Shown here: one piece after another, positions 34,313 to 41,492 of the stretch
Layout: the number at the start of each line of letters is the position of its first letter
Numbering within the stretch: the first letter of the stretch is position 1
IMG/VR virus record: IMGVR_UViG_3300044496_000031
Location: 1-43,429 of that record
Length of the DNA: 43,429 nt
Source of the DNA: a virus
Lineage: Duplodnaviria > Caudoviricetes
Reading direction: 5' to 3' (one strand)
Translations under genes and position numbers: made by a program
Notes under the pieces: generated by a model
Told to the model about the DNA's origin: nothing
Databases searched by the model: none
Seen by the model: only the letters and a program-made list of their open reading frames with translations

Positions 34313-34425
34313 GCCGCGACGACATCCGGTGGAGAACGGCGACCGCGTACGCCGAGCGCCTCATCTACGTCGGCGCGGCGGCGCTGATCGTGTGGCTGCT
34401 GGTGTGGCGCGGAGACACTCCATGA
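34309..34425 (+). CDS. 38-aa single-TM peptide (not in the ORF track)
   Basis: MSRDDIRWRTATAYAERLIYVGAAALIVWLLVWRGDTP; ATGA overlaps at both ends. Confidence 0.55.
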   Translation: MSRDDIRWRTATAYAERLIYVGAAALIVWLLVWRGDTP

Positions 34426-34574
34426 ACGTGACTACGTTCCTCACGAAATGGGTGCTCGTGTTCTGCCTGCTGGCCGATCTGCTCGTCTACGCCTGGCTGC
34501 GGTATCCGTGGTGGGCGTGCGGTCTGTGGGCTGCTTCCCTCGTGGGCGCGGTGCGCTACGTGAGGACAAATTGA
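34422..34574 (+). CDS. 50-aa two-TM peptide
   Basis: Start re-called at ATG 34422 with GGAG RBS; hydrophobic throughout. Confidence 0.55.
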   Translation: MNVTTFLTKWVLVFCLLADLLVYAWLRYPWWACGLWAASLVGAVRYVRTN

Positions 34575-34769
34575 ACGCGGTGCGCGAGCTCGTCTTAATC
34601 ATCCGGGTTGCGCAATGCCGCGCCTGCGTGTGGTGGAACGAGCACCAGCTCGAAAGCGCCAGGACCGGACTAGCACAGGCATACAACGCGCTCGACGCAT
34701 CGCGCGCGAATCTCCGAATCCACGACGGGGAGCAGTACCGCCCGCCGTCGTTTTTACTGAAAGGGAACC

Positions 34770-35003
34770 ATGAGCGAATCAAGGATTTACGAAGTACAGG
34801 TAAAGGGCTCGCCGGTGGTGCGCCTGGTCGACGCGGTCAGCGCCGCCCAAGCATTGCGCCACGTGGCTAAACAGCAATTCGAGGTTACGCTGCCGACGAC
34901 GAAGCGCGTCGCCTATCTCATGGGCAAAGGCATCGTACCCGAGGATGCGACACGATTGCCGGCGGATCCGATCGAGGCCAATCAAGCGGGGATTCGAGGG
35001 TGA
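34770..35003 (+). CDS. Hypothetical protein
   Basis: AAGGGA RBS; VRLVDAVSAAQALRHVA. Confidence 0.7.
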   Translation: MSESRIYEVQVKGSPVVRLVDAVSAAQALRHVAKQQFEVTLPTTKRVAYLMGKGIVPEDATRLPADPIEANQAGIRG

Positions 35004-35917
35004 GCCTCGATCGCCGCGGGTTTCTCGGCGGTTCCGACATCGGGCCGTTGATCGGGCAGTCGCCGTACAAGGATGCGTTCGGCCTGTATCTCGAGAAGCG
35101 TGGAGAGATCGAGCCGCCCGAGGAGGAGACGAAGGTGCAGCGGCGCGGCCGGATCCTCGAGCCCGCGATCGGGCAAATGTACGCGGCAGAGCATAACCGC
35201 GTGCTGTTGCCCGGCGAGACGTTCGCCGTCGACGAGCCGTGGCAGCGCGCCCAGGTCGATGCGATCGAGCATTTTACCGACGGCGTGATCGACGTGCGCG
35301 TTCCGGTCGAGATCAAGAGCGCGAGCGAATTCGCGCGCGGCAAGTGGGGCCCATCCGGCACCGACGAAGCGCCGACCGCGTACTGCGCGCAGCTCCATTG
35401 GCAAATGGCGGCTATGCGAGCCCCGTTCGGGCGCATCGTTGCGTTGCTCGGCGCCGATGACCTGCGCGTCTACACGATTGATCGCGATTGGGCGATTGAC
35501 GCCTTCCTGCAGGAGCAGGCGCGCGCGTTCTGGCAGCGCGTTCTCGACGGCAACGCGCCCGAGCCGAATTTTCAACATCCGAGCATCGCCGAAACGCTGT
35601 CGCGACTGTTCCAGAATCCGAAGGCCACCGAGATCCTGCAGGCCACGCCGCAGCTTACCGCCTGGCGCGACGTCATGGTCGAGGCCGGCGAGCAGGAGAA
35701 GCGTTACCAGGGCATCAAAGACGGCGCCAAGGCCCACTTGCTGCACGCGATGGGCAACGCCGCAATCATCAATTTCGGCGAGCAGATGTTCGAGCGCAAG
35801 GTCATCAATCGCGCCGGCTACACGGTGGCGCCGACCACGTACGTCGCCGGCACGCTCAAGAAAAGCACCGTCGCCGGCGCGCTGCCGGCATTACTCACCA
35901 ATGAGGTAGCCGCATGA
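35000..35917 (+). CDS. YqaJ-like recombination exonuclease
   Basis: RRGFLGGSDI...SPY, GRILEP, VEIKS, YCAQLHWQM and FWQRV; adjacent to RecT. Confidence 0.9.
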   Translation: MSLDRRGFLGGSDIGPLIGQSPYKDAFGLYLEKRGEIEPPEEETKVQRRGRILEPAIGQMYAAEHNRVLLPGETFAVDEPWQRAQVDAIEHFTDGVIDVRVPVEIKSASEFARGKWGPSGTDEAPTAYCAQLHWQMAAMRAPFGRIVALLGADDLRVYTIDRDWAIDAFLQEQARAFWQRVLDGNAPEPNFQHPSIAETLSRLFQNPKATEILQATPQLTAWRDVMVEAGEQEKRYQGIKDGAKAHLLHAMGNAAIINFGEQMFERKVINRAGYTVAPTTYVAGTLKKSTVAGALPALLTNEVAA

Positions 35918-36915
35918 GCAACGCAACACTCAAATCGGTTGCAGGTTCGGCCGTCGTCACAGCCGAGAACGATCCCGGCACGTTCCCCGGAATGCTCAAG
36001 GCGTACAAGGCCGAGATCGCGCGCGCGCTGCCGAAGCACATCAACGCCGACCGCATGTGTCGCATCGCGCTGACGTGCTTTCGTCTCACGCCGAAGCTGG
36101 CCGAGTGTCAGCCGGCGAGCGTGTTCGCGGCGCTCATTCAGGCATCGCAGCTCGGACTCGAGCCGGGACTGAACGGCCGCGCGTACCTCATCCCGTACAA
36201 GGCCGAGTGCCAATTCGTGCCGGGCTGGAAGGGCCTGGTCGAGCTCGCCAATCGCACGGGCCGCGCATCGTGCTGGACGGGCGCCGTGTTCGCCGGCGAT
36301 GAATTTGATTTCGCGCTCGGCGATGATCCCTACTGTAAGCACCGTCCGCAAGGTGAGGATGATCCCGAAAAGCTGTCGCACACCTACGCGATCGGGCGCG
36401 TGCGCGGCAACGAATATCCGATCATCGAAGTGTGGCCGAACGCGAAAATTCTCAAGCATCGCAACCGCTACAACAAGGTCGGCCTGAAACATTACTCCTT
36501 CGAGAATTGGGAAATGTACGCGCGCAAGGTGCCGCTACTGCAGGTCTTGAAGTACCTGCCGAGTAGCCCCGAGCTCGAGGCCGCGCTCGCGTTGAACGAT
36601 GCCGCCGAGCTCGGCCTGCGCCAAGGCTTGACGATCGAGGGCGCGCTCGCCAATGCCTACGAGCCGCCGGCGCCACAGCCGCCCGAGAACAAAGAGGGCG
36701 CGGACATCGAGGGCACCGAGGGCACCGAGGCCGCTGGCACAGAAGGCGGCAAGGTGACGCTGTCCTATGCCGCGGTGCGCGAGCAGCTCGACAAGGCGAC
36801 AACGCGCGACGGGCTCGACCAGGCGGCCGCGTCGATCGACCTGGTTGTCAATCTCACCCAACAGAAAGAGCTCACGGCGATCTACAAGGAGCGCAAGGCG
36901 GCGCTCGAGGCGTGA
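35914..36915 (+). CDS. recT: RecT-family single-strand annealing protein
   Basis: ALPKH..ADR, PKLAEC...S, QLGLEP...AYLIPY, GWKGLVELA.R and EMYARK. Confidence 0.92.
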   Translation: MSNATLKSVAGSAVVTAENDPGTFPGMLKAYKAEIARALPKHINADRMCRIALTCFRLTPKLAECQPASVFAALIQASQLGLEPGLNGRAYLIPYKAECQFVPGWKGLVELANRTGRASCWTGAVFAGDEFDFALGDDPYCKHRPQGEDDPEKLSHTYAIGRVRGNEYPIIEVWPNAKILKHRNRYNKVGLKHYSFENWEMYARKVPLLQVLKYLPSSPELEAALALNDAAELGLRQGLTIEGALANAYEPPAPQPPENKEGADIEGTEGTEAAGTEGGKVTLSYAAVREQLDKATTRDGLDQAAASIDLVVNLTQQKELTAIYKERKAALEA

Positions 36916-37097
36916 CCGTACCGATCGAGCGGCAGGTGCAATGCGTCGAGCGCGAGCTCAAGTTTCGCCGTCGCGTGTACGCGCGCCGAGTGGTCGAAAA
37001 GAGGATGACGAAAACACAAATGGACGACGAGCTCGAGGCGATGGAGGCCGTGCTCGCGACGTTGCAGTCGATCGCCGAAGGTCAACGCCTCATCTAA
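36912..37097 (+). CDS. Conserved small phage protein
   Basis: QVQCVERELKFRRRVYARRV; GTGA-coupled. Confidence 0.75.
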   Translation: MTVPIERQVQCVERELKFRRRVYARRVVEKRMTKTQMDDELEAMEAVLATLQSIAEGQRLI

Positions 37098-37107
37098 GGA
37101 GAATCAC

Positions 37108-37371
37108 ATGCCCAACGATTTCGACCTCACGAGCCCAGGCAAGCCGGGCGAGATTCCCGCCGGCGTCGTCGAGGAGCTGCGCGTCTTGCGCACGAACGCA
37201 AACGAATCGGTCGCGATATTCCGGGACGCCGTGAAGGTCCAGGCCGAGAAGCACAAGATCAAGCCGAAGGCGCTGCGCCGCTACGTCAACGCGCTCGCAA
37301 GCGACAAGGTCGACGAGACGCGCGCCGAGACGGTGGACCTCGAGAAGCTGCTCGGAGTGGCCGAGGTATGA
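37108..37371 (+). CDS. Small helical protein, possibly a GapR/T4 DsbA-like DNA binder
   Basis: AAGGAG RBS; FRDAVKVQAEKHKIKPKALRRYV pattern; the fold call is weak. Confidence 0.6.
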   Translation: MPNDFDLTSPGKPGEIPAGVVEELRVLRTNANESVAIFRDAVKVQAEKHKIKPKALRRYVNALASDKVDETRAETVDLEKLLGVAEV

Positions 37372-38582
37372 AAGCCGCCGCGCTCGTGTTGCTGTTGGTG
37401 TCGACGCTCGCCGGCGGTCAAACCTTCGAGGGATCGGTCGGAGGGTGGGCGCTCAACGCGCCGGCCGGCGATTCGTTCTTTCGCAATTACGGGACGGTCG
37501 ACGCCGCCGGAAATTACGCCTACCAGTATTTCAGTCTCTACAACGCGGCCGGCGTGCGCACGTCGAGCTACACAGAAAAGCCAGCCTTCCGCGCGGCGCG
37601 TATCGTCATCGTCAACGGCGCGAGCTACGCGCAATTCGGCGACGGCACTTGCGCTGCGTTCCCGCTCGGCGCACAGACGCCGGTTGTGTGCCCCCCGTTG
37701 CCACCGCCACCGCCGCCGCCCCCGCCGCCTCCACCGCCACCGCCGCCCCCGCCGTTGCCGGTATTCAATCCCGATCCAAGCCTGGTCAAGACGAAAAAAG
37801 TAATCGTCGTTCCGCTGCGCTATCAAGCGCCGCCGAGCACTGACCCCGTTGCGATCGCTGCCTACAACACTTCGCTTCCGCTGGTCACGCAGGCCGCGCT
37901 GCAGGGCACGTTCGCATCCATCGCCGCCTGGTGGCCATCGGAAACTTACGGGTTGATTCAGCTCGCCGTTACGGTGCTGCCAGAGGTCACGCTGCCGGGA
38001 TCGCCAGGGTGCGACAGCTCCAAGGTGTCGACCGCGGCCTATGTCGCGGCCGCCGGCAAACCGTACGACGTTTTGATCGGCGTGACCCCTTACGCCTGCT
38101 GGCAATATCACATGCGCACGATGGGGAGCGTCATCGTCAGCACGAACACGTACCAGGATTCAAAGGGCACCTACGCGCACGAGATCGGCCACGCCTTCGG
38201 GATCTTCCACAACGCAATTCGGATGCCGACATATTTCGAGTATGGCTCTGGCACGGATCAAATCGGGAGCCTCTCGAATAACCTGCTGCACTTGCTCGGC
38301 GACCACAAGAACCGGCTCGGCGTGTTGACGTTCAAGCCGTGCGCGAGCACGACGTTGCGCTCGATCTATCTCTACCCCGACGCCATTTGGTGCACGAATT
38401 ACGTCCTCGAATACCTCGCGGATTGGGGCCAGGTGTGGGTGCACAAGCGCGAATACGTGAACACGGGCAGTTACGGCGGCAGCGACACGACCGACGTCGC
38501 CAAGCTCTCGCCGGGGCAGAGCTACAGCGCCGGCGGCTACACGTTCACGCACAACGGCGGCGGGAAGGTGACGGTGCGATGA
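37368..38582 (+). CDS. Secreted zinc metalloprotease (metzincin HExxHxxGxxH) with a poly-Pro linker
   Basis: Signal peptide MKAAALVLLLVSTLAGG; 18 consecutive Pro; HEIGHAFGIFH at 38178-38210 followed by EYG..TD.IG. Confidence 0.78.
   Translation: MKAAALVLLLVSTLAGGQTFEGSVGGWALNAPAGDSFFRNYGTVDAAGNYAYQYFSLYNAAGVRTSSYTEKPAFRAARIVIVNGASYAQFGDGTCAAFPLGAQTPVVCPPLPPPPPPPPPPPPPPPPPPLPVFNPDPSLVKTKKVIVVPLRYQAPPSTDPVAIAAYNTSLPLVTQAALQGTFASIAAWWPSETYGLIQLAVTVLPEVTLPGSPGCDSSKVSTAAYVAAAGKPYDVLIGVTPYACWQYHMRTMGSVIVSTNTYQDSKGTYAHEIGHAFGIFHNAIRMPTYFEYGSGTDQIGSLSNNLLHLLGDHKNRLGVLTFKPCASTTLRSIYLYPDAIWCTNYVLEYLADWGQVWVHKREYVNTGSYGGSDTTDVAKLSPGQSYSAGGYTFTHNGGGKVTVR
37701..37754 (+). repeat. CCN x18 poly-proline tract
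   Basis: Direct reading of the sequence. Confidence 0.9.
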
Positions 38583-39148
38583 GCTCAAACGTACAAGACG
38601 CCTTCTGTCGCGCGATTGGTCACATGACTACGCCTGACAAGGTGAGCGATGCCCCCAAGTGTTGGATTTGCGGCAACCATCATCCAGAGCCGCACCCAAG
38701 CCGGGAGGCCGATTCTCTATGCCCGATCGATCCAAATCACGCGCCCGCATACGCCGCCCCGCCAGCCCCGGATTGGCGCGTGTGCTTCGTGTGCCCGTCG
38801 CCGGACGTGTGCGAGCGCGCGGGCAAGTGTCAGAGCCCAGCGCGTGCGGGGCCGCTATGTGCGGTTATCCCCGGCGTCTGGAATGATCCGGCGACAGCGC
38901 CAGTGCCGCCCACCGCGCCCGAGGCGGAGCCGTATGTTGACCGGCGCATCGGCACAGCCGTCTACATTCCAACTGATTGGACGCCCACCGCCAGCAAGCA
39001 GCCAGCGCAGAGCGATGCGGAGCGCCTTGCGCAGGCGGTCGGGCTGCTGCGGGACGTAGCGATGCAGCCCATACCTCTTGATGTGGATGACGCTATCCGC
39101 GCGTTCTTGGTCGAATTTGACCGCGACGCAAAGACAGGGGGCGGGTAG
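38579..39148 (+). CDS. Cys/Pro-rich hypothetical protein, last early gene
   Basis: Start re-called at ATG 38579 (ATGA overlap); CWICGNHH and CFVCPSPDVC motifs. Confidence 0.55.
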   Translation: MSSNVQDAFCRAIGHMTTPDKVSDAPKCWICGNHHPEPHPSREADSLCPIDPNHAPAYAAPPAPDWRVCFVCPSPDVCERAGKCQSPARAGPLCAVIPGVWNDPATAPVPPTAPEAEPYVDRRIGTAVYIPTDWTPTASKQPAQSDAERLAQAVGLLRDVAMQPIPLDVDDAIRAFLVEFDRDAKTGGG

Positions 39149-39274
39149 GTGCTGACCGTTTATCGGAAGCGACTTGATCGAGGCCGCTAGCGGTGGGGTC
39201 GAGTGGGGCCCGGTGGGCTAGGTGAGCGCCGGTGAAGTGTCGAGAAGAGCCCCTAAGTCACTGTATTAGAAGGC

Positions 39275-39314
39275 GCCCGGGTGGCGAAACAGGTAAACGC
39301 AAGGGACTTAAAAT
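39275..39314 (+). other. 5' half of tRNA-Leu(UAA), truncated just after the anticodon loop (attP-core-like)
   Basis: GCCCGGG-TG-GCG-AAACAGGTAAA-CGC-A-AGGGA-CTTAAAA-T gives the acceptor 5' strand, D-arm, anticodon 5' stem and UAA loop. No CCCT, T-arm or CCA follows. Confidence 0.75.
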
Positions 39315-39329
39315 GCGCCGTGACGCCAG

Positions 39330-39345
39330 TGTTCCACGTGGAACG
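39330..39345. promoter_or_regulatory. Chromosomal-type parS palindrome tGTTCCACGTGGAACg
   Basis: Perfect 14-bp palindrome matching the bacterial parS consensus TGTTNCACGTGNAACA at 15/16 positions; intergenic. Confidence 0.7.
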
Positions 39346-39380
39346 GTGGGGCCCTGGTGGGATCGGGCCCGGGGAAGGTG

Positions 39381-39698
39381 TCAGGATGCTTGAGCTATCT
39401 CCGTGCCGGCGGGAGGCGCAGCGTTCGCCAGCGCCCCGATTTCGGCGGCAGGAATCAATTTCTTGCCCTCCTCCTCGAGCCGCTTCGATTCGGCCTCGTC
39501 GGCCATCCGGCGCTTGACCCCGTCGGCGAAGTCCGTCTGCTCCTTGTTGAGCTTTTCGAGGCGCAGGGTCGCGTGATTGAATTCGTGCTGCGCGCTCTCG
39601 ATGCTCTTGGCCAGGAGCTCGCGCTGCAGGTTGTAGTTTTCCATCTTGAGCTTTTCGAGCTCGGTGGGTTCCGGCTTGAGGGGAATGGCGTCGGGCAT
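39381..39698 (-). CDS. Coiled-coil protein after tail fibre 2 (possible fibre chaperone)
   Basis: GGAG RBS; 105 aa; last late gene. Confidence 0.7.
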   Translation of the reverse strand: MPDAIPLKPEPTELEKLKMENYNLQRELLAKSIESAQHEFNHATLRLEKLNKEQTDFADGVKRRMADEAESKRLEEEGKKLIPAAEIGALANAAPPAGTEIAQAS

Positions 39699-39710
39699 GG
39701 GTGTCTCCGG

Positions 39711-41318
39711 TTAGGGGTTGAAGCACGGAATTCTAAGCGAGAAACCATCCACGATTACGTGAATGTACGTGCGCACGGTGGCCGGCACGCCGCCCGCGCC
39801 GCCCGCGGTCGCGGTGTTGCTGTTCTTGCCGCCGGTGGTCGCGCAGGCAAATACCCAATTCGTCGTGGTGTCGAACATGCTGATTGCGTCGTTGTTGTTC
39901 TGGCGCATCCGGCCGTTCGACAGGTTGACCTCGAAGCGGATCGTCGAAATGTTGGTCAGCTCGAAATTGCCGTTGACGTTGTTCCAGCGCATGTTGCACT
40001 GATTGATGGGCGTGGCGGTTTGCGCCTGCGCCTGGCCGCCAAGGTAAATGTAGTCGTTGGCCTTGACCATGAGCGCCGCGGCCGAGTAGCTGCCCCACGT
40101 GAGATCAATGCCGACCGTGAACGGCGTGAGCGCGCCGGTGCCGCCAGGTATGCCACCGTTGGCGATGAGCGGGGAGCCGAGTTGAATGCCGCGCTTCAAG
40201 CCCGCCGCGCCGGTGGTGTGCACGATGATCGCGCCGAAGTCGACAGGCTGCGAAGCGTTGGAGCGAATTACGGTGCCCGCGGCGATGCCGCCCGCCACGT
40301 TCTTGAACACTTCCGCACTGAACCCGTAGGTCGAATGGCTGAAACCGGCGAAGGTGCCTGAGTGGTAGGCATCGACGTGCACGCCGAACGCGCCCTGGTC
40401 GGTGCCGAGGTTGTTGATGCCGAAGTAACCCGAGACAGCGCCCGGCGAGCTGAACGTGCGAACCGCCTGCGTTTCGACCTGCGCCCGAATGCCACCGCCG
40501 GCGAAGCCGTCGCCGCCCGCCGTGCCCGCGATCGCGTGCTGGATGTAGATGCCGAAGTTGCCGCCCTCGGAGGCGTCGACCGGGCCGTCGAGCGAGACGT
40601 CGGTGCGCATTCTCATGTCGAGCATCGCGACGTAGTCGCTGGCCAGGAGGATCCCGGTGTCGGTGATGTCGACGCCGCCCTGCAGCGATTTCATGGTGTG
40701 ACTCGGGAGGGTGCGGTGCGCCTGCTTGTCCCACGTGTGATGCCCGGTCCAAGCGTAATCGAGGCTCGTGTCGATACCGCTGGCGCTCGAGCTCACGGTG
40801 ATGAGCGACGCGGTTTCGGTGACGATGGTGGAGCCGCCGCCGGTGATCCGCTTTAGCTGGACGACGTTGCCGACGGTGCCGGCGTAGACGTTGCCGCCGA
40901 CGCCGCCGATGTTCATAAAGGTCTGCGTGCCGCCATTGGTCAGCGTGAGAATGCCCTGCTGCATTTGCTGACAGATCATCGTGAGGTAGTCCCAATCCCT
41001 CTCGGCTGTCTCGCTGTTGAAAGTGTCGTGCGCGATCCAATTGTCGAGCTGCAGGATCGGGACAATGCGCTCGATGCGCAAAGTGAAATTGAGCGGCGGT
41101 GCCACGAACGCGGTCAGGAAGCCGCCCGATAAACTGCCCTCTCCCGTGAGCGTGTAGTCAGTGCCCTCGACCCAGGCCACTTCGTTCAGCGGGACGAGCG
41201 TTTCGATAAGTAGCACGCGAATGTGCGCGTTCGAAATCCAGTAGAAGGGGATCGCGAAAAGCGTGCTAAGGCCGTCGCCAAAATACTGCTGAATAGAGAG
41301 CTGGCTGGTGACTGTCAT
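39711..41318 (-). CDS. Tail fibre/spike protein 2 (T7 gp17-like anchor)
   Basis: N-terminus is paralogous to 432-2105 (FAIPFYWI...GTDYTL...ETAERDWDYL..ICQQ); the C-terminal part differs. Confidence 0.85.
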   Translation of the reverse strand: MTVTSQLSIQQYFGDGLSTLFAIPFYWISNAHIRVLLIETLVPLNEVAWVEGTDYTLTGEGSLSGGFLTAFVAPPLNFTLRIERIVPILQLDNWIAHDTFNSETAERDWDYLTMICQQMQQGILTLTNGGTQTFMNIGGVGGNVYAGTVGNVVQLKRITGGGSTIVTETASLITVSSSASGIDTSLDYAWTGHHTWDKQAHRTLPSHTMKSLQGGVDITDTGILLASDYVAMLDMRMRTDVSLDGPVDASEGGNFGIYIQHAIAGTAGGDGFAGGGIRAQVETQAVRTFSSPGAVSGYFGINNLGTDQGAFGVHVDAYHSGTFAGFSHSTYGFSAEVFKNVAGGIAAGTVIRSNASQPVDFGAIIVHTTGAAGLKRGIQLGSPLIANGGIPGGTGALTPFTVGIDLTWGSYSAAALMVKANDYIYLGGQAQAQTATPINQCNMRWNNVNGNFELTNISTIRFEVNLSNGRMRQNNNDAISMFDTTTNWVFACATTGGKNSNTATAGGAGGVPATVRTYIHVIVDGFSLRIPCFNP

Positions 41319-41327
41319 GGTGGCCTT

Positions 41328-41489
41328 TCAGGTCGCCAGAAAATAGCGTTGCTGCGCGCCGGTGTCGACGCTCGGATCCTCGAGCGTGATCGGCGGATTC
41401 GGGTCGTGCTCCGTGAGCGTCGGCGCCCATTGGTCGGGTTGATCGACGAAGAACGTCAGCGCGTGCAGCTCGAGGACCATCGTCGACAT
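41328..41489 (-). CDS. 53-aa hypothetical protein (not in the ORF track)
   Basis: MSTMVLELHALTFFVDQPDQWAPTLTEHDPNPPITLEDPSVDTGAQQRYFLAT; fills the gap between flanking genes. Confidence 0.55.
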   Translation of the reverse strand: MSTMVLELHALTFFVDQPDQWAPTLTEHDPNPPITLEDPSVDTGAQQRYFLAT

Positions 41490-41492
41490 TTT

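Noticed and set aside
34448-34870. 140-aa ORF in the early operon
   Set aside because: Overlaps better-supported genes at both ends. A shorter TTG start at 34571 is possible but still overlaps 34770 by about 100 nt, so it was not called.
39191-39240. CRISPR array
   Set aside because: Units are about 10 bp, degenerate and have no spacers; no cas genes.
39275-39370. Complete or intron-containing tRNA-Leu
   Set aside because: No 3' anticodon stem beyond one base, no GTTCRA T-loop or CCA, and too little space for a group I intron.
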